Below are positions 1 through 11,313 of a stretch of 64,000 bases of DNA, piece by piece (within the stretch, counting starts at the first letter, position 1; every line of letters begins with the position of its first letter). The translations under genes were made by a program, and so were the position numbers. The notes beneath the pieces were generated by a model. The model searched no databases, was not told the DNA's origin, and was given only the letters and a program-made list of their open reading frames with translations. The stretch spans positions 18,104,001-18,168,000 of the forward strand of contig NC_043003.1 of the NCBI RefSeq assembly GCF_006345805.1, written 5' to 3'. Origin of the DNA: Octopus sinensis (taxonomy: Eukaryota).

Positions 1-740
1 TAAATATTATCTCCGGACTAATACCGCAGTAAATTTGCCTTTCAAAGATTAAGAGACGATATCAATAAAGTACAAAGAGAGAGATATTTTTACCCACGAG
101 AGTTCCGGACTCATTTGCATACATTAAATATGATACGAAAACGGCTATTTTAGTAGCTTGTTTTAAGTGTCCACTAATAATGTTTTCATTTACGACGCTA
201 ACATATTTATAGCCTTCTCATGAATTACGACGTAATTATGGGTGTACTTATAACTTTGATGAGAGAAAGTAGACAGGAAGTTGACACCAAGACCGATTCA
301 AACAACCAGTGCTTATTCTGGTTAATAATATTGAGCTCATTATATTCTAGAGACCGTTGTAAGTGACCAAATTTAACTAACGATTGCTACCATAAATATT
401 ACTGGAGCACGCCTTTCAAACGATAACAGCGACAGTAAACGTGACTTTGATTTTGCGGTTTTGCTCTTGTCTACTACTGAGTCACTAACATAACCTTGGC
501 GGTTTCTATAGACTATCGATAAAAGAGTTCATTGCTAGAATAAACGAAGTACAAATTGACTGTTATTTGGGGGGATATTCTTGTAGACAACGACTGTTTC
601 TGAATGTGTGAATGTGGCGGCTTGTTTTTTGAGTCTCAGGTCTTAGTCAACTTTCAAATGGCATTAACTGTAAACATGGTAATTGGTCCGCAACGACTGG
701 TTGGCGGCGTCGAGGCTCCACCACACGACATACGAGAAGC

Positions 741-741
<1 letters not shown>

Positions 742-771
<30 letters not shown>

Positions 772-861
772 AAGAAGAAGAGGGGAGTAGGAGAAGAAGG
801 AGGAGGAGGAGGAGGAGGAAGAGGGGGGAAGAAGAAGAAGAAGAAGAAGAAGAAGAAGAAG
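742..861. repeat. (AAG)n-(GGA)n-(GAA)n polypurine tract
   Basis: Directly visible: about 13 AAG units, a GGA-rich spacer and about 11 GAA units. Confidence 0.95.
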
Positions 862-1352
862 CTGACGTGATATGTATCAACAAATTGCTAAATGCAACGC
901 GCTGAAATAACAGCCTCGATTCGCAAGTATGCGTTCAAGATGACTTGTTTTAAAGATCAACAAAGATTAAGAGATGATATCAATAAAGTACAATATCAAA
1001 TTTTTTCACCCACGAGAGTTCCGGACCCAGTAATGAACTCATTTGCATACAGCCAATCAGAGCTCACCTTGAAAATTCACATACTGTGTAGCCAGTCAGG
1101 CATAGAATGGTGTATGCCACTCGCTGAGTACAACACCTTTTATTTCTTAACTTATTTCAGCCATTGGACTGTGGCCATGCTGGGGCACTGCCCTGAAGAG
1201 TTTTACTAGAACAAATCGACCCCACCAATTATGCTTTATTTTATTTTTAATCTGGTACTTATTCTATAGTTCTCTTTTACTGAATTGCTATGTTCGGGGA
1301 AGAAAACAAACCAACACCAGAAGGTGAGTTACAAACACAGACACACAAAAAT

Positions 1353-1500
1353 GTGTGTGTGTGTGTGTGTGTACGTGCGTGTGTGTGTGTGCGTGTGTGT
1401 GTGTGTGCACGTGTGTGTGTGCACGTGTGTGTGTGCACGTGTGTGTGTGCACGTGTGTGTGTGCACGTGTGTGTGTGCACGTGTGTGTGTGCGTGTGTTT
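1353..1500. repeat. (GT)n microsatellite with periodic GCAC interruptions
   Basis: Repeating GTGTGTGTGCAC units of 12-14 bp. Confidence 0.9.
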
Positions 1501-1625
1501 GTATACACATATATAGATGATGATTATGATGACCATGATGATATCCACACGACGGGTTTCCACACAGTTTCTATTTATCAAACTCACTCACGAGACATTG
1601 GGGCCCGGGGTCATAGCTTCTTAAT

Positions 1626-2460
1626 GATGTCTACAACTCTTTCCTGCAATCAGACCTAGACACAATGCAGCAATGGATCACAGACTGGCAACTGAAACTG
1701 GCTGTGGACAAGTGTACCACCATGCATTTTGGGAGAAAAAACCCTGCGTCCACATACTCCCTCCACAACACTGATATCAAGAAATCCTCTTGCGAGCGTG
1801 ACCTAGGCATCACTGTCAGCAGTGATTTGCGTTGGACAAAGCATATCTCTAAAATTGTCAAGAAGGCCGAGGGTGCCTTGGCATCACTCAGCAAGACTTT
1901 TGTTAGCCGCTCTCCAGCCATCTATTTAAAACTGTATACAGCTATGGTACGACCACACTTGGAATTCGCATCATCAGTTTGGAATCCCTATCTTGCTCAG
2001 AACATTGACCTCCTGGAATCTGTCCAGAGACGTGCAACCAAACGCATACCCTCAATCAGACACCTACCATATTCTGAGCGCCTTGTTTCCCTGGGCATGG
2101 ATTCACTGAAGCTCCGGCGTCTGGCGACGGACTTGGTAAACACCCACAAGGTTATCAACCGCCTCACCAACAACAACACTGAACACCTTTTTGATCTCCA
2201 TGTGTCTAACACACGTGGACATGCCTACAAAGTCAGAAAACAACACAACTCCCATGACTTTCGGAAACATTTTTTCACGCTCAGAGTTGCTGAAGCATGG
2301 AATAAACTGCCTGCGTCAGTTGTTGACTGCCATGACACTGCATCCTTTAAGGCCCTCATGCTTTCCGAAATCCGCCGAAACTACATCTGATTATATATAC
2401 ACTTTAGATGAGTTGTAGTGCACCTGAGCACTGTACACAATTATTATTATTATTATTATT
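1626..2460 (+). mobile_element. 5'-truncated CR1-type LINE: C-terminal RT/thumb region, 3'UTR and (TTA)n tail
   Basis: Open frame ...[11 protein letters not shown]...ERDLGITVSSDL...VRPHLEFASSVWNP...LESVQRRATK...NTRGH...FFTLRVAEAWNKLP, typical of CR1/L2-group ORF2. Stop at 2390; (TTA)n at 2441-2460. No internal stops, suggesting a young copy. Confidence 0.92.
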
Positions 2461-3126
2461 AAGCCAGGCCAGCGCAAGGAATTTTATATTTTAAACCATT
2501 GCATGTAATCCCAAGCTGTTGATGATTCATTTCCTATTCGCTCGCAAGTCACTGGTTTTACTGGAGTATTTTATAACCTTTTAATGTGAACGACTAAAAT
2601 GTGTCTATGTAATTTGTCTATAATATAAGTCACTTCGAAACATTACTGATGTGTTTTTCATACCTTGTACTTCTGTAAAAATGAACACGGATTTCCTCTT
2701 TTGGTTGTGGCCGTATTTAGAAGTAATACGTATGATATTTAGCGGGTATTTTTCTTCCATCTCAGTTCTGTTATACGATATTCAGAGAGCAATTTTTTGT
2801 TTTTGTGCGATGTTACGACTGACATGATGAGAAAAACATAATTTATACAGGAGACTTCTAACGTACTTCTAAACACCGATGTACATCGAAAAGATATGAA
2901 AATACCCAAAAAATGTCAACTGATTGGGGTAGTTAAAACATTAGCAGAAACATTATCGTTGATGGTTTATGCAAAATCTTTCAAGAGTGAAGAATGGGTT
3001 TGTTTAAACTTTCTCTAACACAAGTAATAGAGGGAACATTTGCATTGCCGATTGACCTACTAGAAATAGCAACCAAATAACACGCATTTCAAATACTACC
3101 GTCTTCAAAATACGTGGTGTGTGTGT

Positions 3127-3185
<59 letters not shown>

Positions 3186-3230
3186 CGTGCATGTGCTACG
3201 GGCTTCTACATAGTTTTATATATATATATA

Positions 3231-3412
3231 TTCAACATGTAGAACCGTTAATCCCGACACGTTTTTCCTCACTCCGTTTTTTCATTCTCTCTCATCCCTT
3301 TCTGCTGAAGAACGTAAGCTCGAAACGTCCCATTCTTCCATAGCGTCAAACCAATATACCTGTCCGGTGTTCCTTCCTTGTCTGTCTTTTGTTTTCTGTA
3401 CATTTGAACGAT
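3231..3412 (+). mobile_element. Penelope-like terminal fragment with degenerate hammerhead motif
   Basis: CTGCTGA-A-GAAC-GTAA-GCTC-GAAAC-GTC at 3302-3329. Starts TTCAACATGT, like the 3726 element, and is flanked by (TA)n and (CA)n. Confidence 0.5.
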
Positions 3413-3725
3413 ACACACACACACACACACATAAATATATATATATGTGACATCTTGTAGGCTTTCAGGCTTTGGTCGACGCGAAGCAATAGTAGAAAAC
3501 ACTTGCTCAACGTGCTGCGCAACGGGACTGAACCTGAAGCCATGTGGTTGGGAAGCGAGATTCTTACCAATCAACCCTAGCACTTATTGTTTAAGTTTGA
3601 TAATTATTCTATCAATCTCTTTCGTTGAACCACTAAGTTGCTGGGATTAAACAAACCTACACCGGTTGTCAAATGAGTGGGGACGAGTGGCAAACACAAA
3701 CACACATGCATATATATATATGTCA

Positions 3726-3936
3726 TTCAATATGTGACCGTGTGTGTATCGTTGGCGATTTTCTTTCTCCGTCTTCCCTTCCTTGGACCTTTCTTTTTTC
3801 TATGTTTCTGACGAAGAGCTCCGCTCGAAACGTTAAATCCCCCTTCTTTCATTCCTTTCCTGAGCGTCCAATAACATTATATTTGTTCCACGTTTCGTGT
3901 TGTGTTTTCTCTTTGTGTTTTCATGTTTGGATTAAC
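3726..3936 (+). mobile_element. ~210-bp Penelope-like/retrozyme-like element inserted in the central microsatellite of a SINE
   Basis: A homologous inverted copy lies at 43396-43608. It carries a hammerhead core and is flanked by the two halves of a minus-strand SINE. Confidence 0.65.
3804..3838 (+). ncRNA. Minimal type I hammerhead ribozyme motif
   Basis: GUUU | CUGACGA | A | GAGC-UCC-GCUC | GAAA | C-GUU | AAAU: conserved core, 4-bp stem II, palindromic ACGU stem III, and stem I GUUU/AAAU. Confidence 0.65.
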
Positions 3937-4462
3937 AATATATATACATATCTCGTATAAATATGCGGCAGGCTTCTACACAGCCTCCTTCAACCAAATT
4001 TACTCACAATGTATTGGTCAACCTGAGATCTACAGTAGGAGACACTTCCCACGCGGTATGACTAAACCCGAAACCACGTGGTAATAAAGCGAACTCCTTA
4101 ATCACACAGTCATGCCTGCACCTTAATATAAAGAAAAGTTTTAAGGCTATACATTACAAGCTTTATCTGTGCATTTACAATTTGACATTTTAATTTTGTT
4201 TACTGCTTCGGTGAAGTTTTAAACAACACTGGATACGGCCAAAATTACCGACGATGGCAACGACTACGCCACGACGACAAAGGTGATGACGATGTATAAA
4301 TGATTTACAGTGGCGTATGAGATGTTATGGTTTGCGTAAGTAAAACCACTTGAACTATATATACGATTATATGATCAGACCGAACACTTGGTTTGAGGTA
4401 ATTATGCAGAAGTATGCAGCAACTTGCTCGACGTAGTGGTGACTGTCGTGTAATTTTGATTC

Positions 4463-4990
4463 CAAATTTTGGCACAAGGCCAGCAATTTCGCTCGGTAAG
4501 CATTTCGTCCGATATCCTAACGATTCTGCCAGCTCGCCGCCTTAGCACCGAGTAATATCGGATTCAAATTTTGGCACAAGGCCAGCAATTTCGTCCGATA
4601 TCCTAACGATTCTGCCAGCTCGCCGCCTTAGCACCGAGTAATATCGGTTTCAAATTTTGGCACAAGGCCAGCGATTTCGTCCGATACCCTAACGATTCTG
4701 CCAGCTCGCCGCCTTAGCACCAAGTAATATCGGTTTCAAATTTTGGCACAAGGCCAGCAATTTCGTCCGATATCCTAACGATTCTGCCAGCTCGCCGCCT
4801 TAGCACCGAGTAATATCGGTTTCAAATTTTGGCACAAGGCCAGCAATTTCGCTCGGTAAGCATTTCGTCCGATATCCTAACGATTCTGCCAGCTCGTACC
4901 CTTAGCACCAAGTAATATCGGTTTCAAATTTTGGCACAAGGCCAGCAATTTCGTCCGATATCCTAACGATTCTGCCAGCTTGCAGCCTTA
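4463..4990 (-). repeat. Minisatellite of 86/102-bp units derived from an internally deleted SINE
   Basis: Units start at 4463, 4565, 4651, 4737, 4823 and 4925 (lengths 102, 86, 86, 86, 102, partial). Each joins the SINE 3' end (TTTTGGCACAAGGCCAGCAATTTCG) to the SINE 5' end (CTAACGATTCTGCCAGCTCGCCGCCTTA), both in reverse complement. Confidence 0.9.
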
Positions 4991-5422
4991 CCACTGATGC
5001 AGACGATCAACTCTACGAGGTCTTCAACGGGGTGTCTGACAACGAAGAGTTCTTAGGCTTTGAGTGAAGTCTCTACTCATTAGGATCAGTCCATTTTAGG
5101 ACCACACATTTTCAAGAAAGAATATGAAGACCACAATATGAATAAATCATATAAACACACATAATAAAAAAAAACGTTCTCTTGCATTTAAAATCTGGAC
5201 TTTATCTTCTTTCATTAATAATTATGAATATCAATGATTGCAGTCAGAAATGTTTAAGTATGAAATCATCATGAAATTGAAGTTTGTATTCATCCCGCAT
5301 TTCTCTCTTTTCATTAGCCCCAGTTATTTCCTGGTTTCCCCCACATTTTTCACCCGTCGGGGACCGAAAATCGGGGGTACGGTTTATAAACGAGTGCGGC
5401 TTATACACCGGCAAAAACGGTA
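4991..5422 (+). mobile_element. 3' end of a pogo/Tigger-type DNA transposon
   Basis: Acidic transposase-like C-terminus DADDQLYEVFNGVSDNEEFLGFE* (4996-5067) and right TIR-like GCGGCTTATACACCGGCAAAAACGG followed by TA (5421-5422). The left end was not found. Confidence 0.6.
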
Positions 5423-6009
5423 CTCGGAAATCGGCTCCAGTCGTAAGTCTCTAATGATTGGTCATGCAACCAGTCATGTGACACTGAAATGCTTTGCCGA
5501 GTCAAGCATTTGGATTGAACTAGTTTTACGCGGTATACGAAGTGCGTACCTAATCGCGTTGCGCAACAGACCACCAGATGTGGCAAATAAAAAAATGCTA
5601 GCTAGACTGAACCTCATTTTGTCAATAAATAGCATGAAGTTTTTCATTTTTACTAGTGAGGAGAGAGAGCGCAAGGTGGGGAGAGTATATTTCCAGGAAG
5701 CCACGTAACATTATTTTTGTTCCTGTTGAATGAAGCCTGTGTAACCAAGTTCGAATGAGTTTGAAAAGCTATCTATGAAAGATTTTCTACAGTTCGTTCA
5801 CATTTCTTAGTGATATATTTATCTAGTTCGTTGTATAAATTTATTTACCTGAGAATAAAGTGTTGCTGTTAATAGAAAGCTGGGGTTTTTTTGTGGGGGG
5901 GGGGTATTATCTCCATCATTTATATGCAACTCATTAGAAGCAAGAATTTGTTTCAAAAGAGCCAGAGACACAATCTTCTAGCTAAAAGTAGTAATTTTTC
6001 TCTTAACAA

Positions 6010-6392
6010 TATACTCTTTTAGTTGTTTCAGTCATGTGGCTACGCTGGAGCACCGCTTTTAGTCGAGCAAATCGACCCCAGGACTTATTCTTTGTAAGCC
6101 TAGTACTTATTCTATCGGATCTCTAGTGCCGAACCGCTAAGTCACGGGGACATAAACACACCAGCATCGGTTGTCAAGCGATGTTAGGGGTCAAACACAG
6201 ACACACAAACACACACACACACATATATACGACGAGCTTCTTTCAGTTTCAGTCTACCAAATCCACTCACAAGGCTTTGGTCGGCCTGAGGCTATAGTAG
6301 AAAACATTTGCCCAAAGTGCCACGCAGTGAGACTGAACCCAGAACCATGTAGTTGGTAATCAAGCTACTTACCACACAGTCACTTCTACGCA
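6010..6392 (-). mobile_element. tRNA-derived SINE, family 1 (bipartite around a CA/TA microsatellite)
   Basis: Near-identical to copies at 12303, 35340, 38565, 54655 and 62916. Has an A/B-box-like head and the CCAGCATGGCC tail. Confidence 0.85.
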
Positions 6393-6443
6393 TATAAATA
6401 CTTAAAAATTCCTCTTAATCATTTAATTAAAGTTCTCCGAAAC

Positions 6444-6618
6444 ATCAATTGACCACTAGCGTAGCTAGGGTGGGGGCAGTAGGGGCGGTGCGCTCCGGGC
6501 GGCACTTTGAGAAGGTTATTGTAGGCTATTGCTGTAGGCAATATGTGGTTTTTGCGGGGTCTGGGGGCGGCAAACGGAAGGGCCGCCCCGAGCGCCAGAC
6601 ACTCAAGCTACACTAGTG
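6444..6618. mobile_element. hAT-type MITE (175 bp)
   Basis: 13-bp TIRs CACTAGCGTAGCT / AGCTACACTAGTG (1 mismatch) and a perfect 8-bp TSD CAATTGAC at 6436-6443 and 6619-6626. Confidence 0.9.
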
Positions 6619-6793
6619 CAATTGACTTTAGTTTGCTAGCCAAGGTGCGTGACATTGTAGTTAGGGGTGTTCGGCTCATGATCAGGCGGCTGAGTTCAGT
6701 TTCTAGGCTTCGTAGCGTGTTGTGTCCTTCAGCTGGGCAAGTTGCTCCAGTTTACTCATCTGTAAACGAGTACCGCCCAGTTGCTGATACAAT

Positions 6794-6865
6794 CTCTCTC
6801 TCTCTCTCTCTCCCTCTCTCTCTATCTATCAATCTATCTATCTATCTATCTCTTTCTCTCTCTCC

Positions 6866-6901
<36 letters not shown>

Positions 6902-7105
6902 ATCTATCTATTTATCTCTCTCTCTATCTATCTATCTATCTATTTCTATCTATTCATCTCTCTCTCTCTCTCTCTCTGTCTATCTATCTATTTCTATCTA
7001 TTTATCTCTCTCTCTCTCTCTGTTTCTTTTTTCTCTGTCTGTCTATCTATCTATTTCTATCCATTTACCTCTCTCTCTCTGTTTCTTTTTTCTCTGTCTG
7101 TCCCC
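6794..7105. repeat. Compound (TC)n/(TCTA)n microsatellite
   Basis: Directly visible. Confidence 0.95.
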
Positions 7106-7540
7106 CCCCCACACACCTATCACATTCTGGATTTCCTTTGAGTCGAGGGTGAGTGGACTGAGAGGGTGTCCACGTTTGCTTACGACTACATAGACATCTA
7201 AAACAATAGAACGTTATCAAGCCCATACTCACTTACGAGAGCTGGCTACCAGTACCGTAACAGGAATATTTAGCAATCGAACCCGGATCACAACATCCGA
7301 TGCAAAACCAAACAACAACAACAAATTTTTTTTTTAATTCTCAAGAATTCAGTCACGATTCGCTGGAATATTACCAACGTCATTACAAAATTTGACTTCG
7401 TACGAAACCGGATCTAACAATTTCATCTTTGGTGCGTTTTTTCTAAGCCAGTATATTCTCAGTGCATATTAGCCAATACAGATGGCGGACAACAGACATC
7501 AGACCAGACACAGATGACAGTAGCAGAAACAGCAACTGAT

Positions 7541-7730
7541 GTGGAGGCGCAATGGCCCAGTAGTTAGAGAAGCGGACTCGCGGTCGTAAGAACGCGGTTT
7601 CGATCCCAGACCGGGCATTGTGAGTGTTTATTGAGCAAAAATACCTAAGCTCCACGAGGCTCCGGTTGGGGGAAGGGGTGAACCCGCTGTACTCTTTCAC
7701 CACAACTTTCTCTCACTCTTTCTTCCTACT
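7541..7730 (+). mobile_element. tRNA-derived SINE, family 3 (5' portion)
   Basis: Head GTGGAGGCGCAATGGCCCAGTAG...GGTTTCGATCCC is homologous to the minus copies at 41196 and 51063. Confidence 0.75.
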
Positions 7731-8920
7731 TCTTCCACAAAGCAGAGGGACCATGGTGTAACCCACTATGGTGTGGTAAACTTTCAGACCTTAGTCTAGA
7801 TGGCTCAGCTCCCCACCCGTTAAAAGCCACCGTTTACGGAATGAGGATAACAACGTAGCTTTCGTGCCCGTGCAACCGCCAGTCTATCGCGTATGGTGGG
7901 TGGATCTTCAAGTTGCCACATGCATTCTCAGTGGCTTAGAGTAGGCTCGAATTAGAGATTATTCTTTGTTGCTAATGGCGTGAGTCCTGATTGGAAGAAG
8001 AAGAAGAAGAAGAACGGATCAGAGCGTTGTGACAACACAAAAAACTAGACGGACGGCGATAGTAACACACAATGACCAGCTAACATCTTGACAACTGTTT
8101 CTATCACAACTTATCCAAGAACAATTAAGCTTCGAACTATCTCGGTGTGTGTCGCTCGGAGCAACGGCAATGTAATTAACATTAATTTATTAATTAATTT
8201 TGATTTATCAATTAATTTTTTTTTTGTATAAAATCTCCAACACATTTCAGTGTTCTTTATCGTAGCAATACCTTGGACTACATTTTGACATGCATGTAAA
8301 TCTCTTCAACATTTCACTTATAACTTTTCGTCTTATATTCTTCATTTATTTATTTTCTGCGTTTGCCCGCCTATTCAAAATATGCCAAAATTTAATGTCA
8401 TTTAGCGTTAGTTTGTTTTCCATTTCTTTCTATTTACAGTTTGCGCTGCAGAACACTCTCTTCGGGAACTATCAATTGACAAACATCGGTTTTGGCGTTC
8501 TCCATTAATATCGTTCTCGCCAGCAGTACGAGTTCTTTTGACCCACACTACAGCACGCTTTTTACCTCTGTTATCCACGCAGCTAAGGCCATGAGAGTAA
8601 GATCCAGGAAGAACATTCCACACAGACTCAGGAATGTCCTCGGGTATCAGAAATTGCTTGCATTTACTGAAGACGAGTGTTTATATTACGGAAAGAGGGG
8701 AGACAGCGAGCTGGACACATCGGACAACATACATAACGATATGTCTTCCGACTCTTTGCGTTCTGAGCTCAAATCCTGCCGAGGTCAACTTCACTTTTAT
8801 CCTTTCGGGTCGATAGAATAAGTACCAGCTCAGCACTGGGGTCGATGTAGACGACTTACCTGCTTCCCCGAAATTATTACCCTTGGGCCAAAATTTGAAA
8901 CTATTATTATTATTGCAATT

Positions 8921-9139
8921 AAGGTGGTTTGCTGGCAGAATTGTTAACATGCCGGACAAAATACTGAATAGCACTTCTTCCGACTCTATATACTCTAAGT
9001 TCAAGTCCCACCAAGGTCAACATCACTTTCATCCTTTCAAGGTTGATCAAATAAGTACCAGTTGCGCATTGAGGTCAATATAATTGACTAGACCCTCCCC
9101 GAAAAAATTTCAGGCCCTGTACCTACAGTAGAAAGAATA
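8921..9139 (+). mobile_element. tRNA-derived SINE, family 2 (tail A)
   Basis: AAGGTGG..GCTGGCAGAA head, CTTTCATCCTTT core and GGCCCTGTACC tail. Preceded by another partial copy and its (ATT)n tail. Confidence 0.75.
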
Positions 9140-9143
9140 CTAG

Positions 9144-10224
9144 TGTAACGATAAGTATTTGTGTTGAAGTCGAGGGTCACCAATTGTAGCGGGAGATATT
9201 GAATAGTTACACAATAATATGAAATGTCGGAGTCAGCAGTTGTAACGATAAAAATTTGTTGTTATGACGGCAAGTTGTAAGATGTGAAAGACAGACAATG
9301 CATGAAGTTTTAAGGAAATGTTTATTTACCGTTACGTTACAATACCTATTTCTTTACTACCCACAAGGGGCTAAACACAGAGGGGACAAACAAGGACAGA
9401 CATAGGTATTAAGTTGATTACATCAACCCCAGTGAGTAACTGGTACTTAATTTATCGACCCCGAAAGGATGAAAGGCAAAGTCGACCGCGGTGGAATTTG
9501 AACTCAGAACGTAACGGCAGACGAAATACCGCTAAACATTTCGCCCGGCGCGCTAACGTTTCTGCCAGCTCGCCGCCTCGACAGGCAGGTTATGATAAAT
9601 CCAAAAGCATGCGAAAGAAAGTTAGATGTGGTAGAATTTTTTTTGCATTGTTTGGCGTACACAAATTGTTAGTAGTAATCCACAGATAGCGATAAATGAT
9701 GTTGTAAGAGAACAGAATTAGAGCTAGTGAATGTTGTAGGGTTGTGGGACGTTGTCTCACAGTTGCTGACAGTAAATCTCATTTCTCTCGCTGACCATAG
9801 CCTTTAGTAGCTGCATTCCTTGTGATCATGATTCTAGCAGTCCGTTCCCTAACTAACTGGGTCGTCACAAACCGCCTCGCTCAGCTGTCGCCAAGTGACT
9901 ACTTGGTTGAGTCGTCACCGACTGATTTTTGCTTGGGGTGTTCTTGCTTTTATAACTATCCAGAAGGATAGATATATCACTGAGAACAAGAGATTTAGTT
10001 GGTGGTCTTGTTATCTCTATTTTAGCTTTTGGTGAAGCAAAAGAGGTTAGAAAGGGTCAAGAGGTGAAGACATTATTTCGGCCTAGCTAAAGGCATCTGG
10101 AAAATGTAAAAACTGCTGTCAGAGAAAAACCATTGTTCCACCGTGGGAAAAGTTCTGTTGCAGTGTTAATTTAAATTCAGCTATGGTGGATCGAATCCAT
10201 TTCATGCTTGCAAGATCCACTACA
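9144..10224 (-). mobile_element. Probable solo LTR (Gypsy-like) with a nested SINE
   Basis: TGTA...TACA termini and a 4-bp TSD CTAG at 9140-9143 and 10225-10228. On the minus strand, TATAAAA lies near 9948-9954 upstream of AATAAA near 9321-9326. Confidence 0.55.
9342..9578 (-). mobile_element. SINE family 2 (tail B), nested in the LTR
   Basis: Full head-core-tail reverse-complement match to 20086, 48059 and 60370. Confidence 0.85.
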
Positions 10225-10508
10225 CTAGGGAGAGAATGGCATGGAAAGAAGTTTTGTATCTCTGGATTAAATTCCTCCTGGAGACACTACCACAACCATT
10301 GCATCATCACAGATCCAGCTGCAACCACTCCAACCTAACACCAACTATTTTGTTTCACTCTTCATAGTCAAGTATTTGTATACTCTCGGCTTTTGAGCTT
10401 TGATTTCCATGTCTCTTCCATATCCATGTTGAAGCATTTCTGCCATAGAAATGTGTGTGTGTGCATATATGTATGCGTGCGTACGTAATACATACACATA
10501 TATATATA

Positions 10509-10594
<86 letters not shown>

Positions 10595-10774
10595 AACAAA
10601 TATATTGTTTTGTCTTGGGAGAGCCATTATGCCAATAATAACAACACAAACACAGATTCAATGCCATTTCTTTATTTATTAGGCAATTGGTTAAAAATTT
10701 ATACAACTAACTAATCGATCGTTTGTTTTATGCGTTGGTTAAACAATCAATCGATCTTTTCTTAGTCAAAGTTC

Positions 10775-10843
<69 letters not shown>

Positions 10844-11313
10844 ACGTGTAGCAGAGTAATGATTTACAAAATGGAGAAGAAAGCAGAATATGCTTCATCA
10901 TGGACACAGCAGACGAGTGTAATAATATATAAATAAATAAATGAAAACCGAGAACAAATACACAGAAACAAACAAGCACACACACACAAACACAACCATC
11001 TATGAATCATATTTAATATAAATACATCGTTGGAAAGTAAATTTACAACAGCATTCGTCCAGAGATAACATCTCGTATGGACGTGCTGTGTTTAAAAACA
11101 CGATATATATCAGAGGTACGCGAAAATCGTCACAGCAGTGTGAAGCAAGGACGCTAGATGTACTTCTGTCTCACTGGACGTTGCCAATGGCGTGTACTCA
11201 CAGCCAACTACATGCTTAGATGAGATTTGTAGCCACCAATATATAAGAAAACAGAATAGACATTCAATGATACTGCAAATAGCTGCCTGGTTGAATAAAA
11301 GTCTATTATATGC

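Noticed and set aside
604-870. 88-aa ORF with poly-K/G
   Set aside because: Produced by the (AAG)/(GGA) tract.
1277-1659. ORFs rich in HT/CV/YI dipeptides here and at 10345-10985, 11993-12488, 15625-16056 and 53828-54736
   Set aside because: These are translations of (CA)/(TG)/(TA) microsatellites.
4463-4990. CRISPR-like repeat array
   Set aside because: The intervening sequences are identical rather than unique spacers, the units are SINE-derived, there are no cas genes and the context is eukaryotic.
5238-5708. 156-aa ORF
   Set aside because: Crosses a transposon terminus into motif-rich non-coding sequence; no recognisable domain or splice context.
8667-8695. CTGAAGA...GAAA hammerhead-like spacing
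   Set aside because: Stem II has only 2 bp and stems I and III cannot form.
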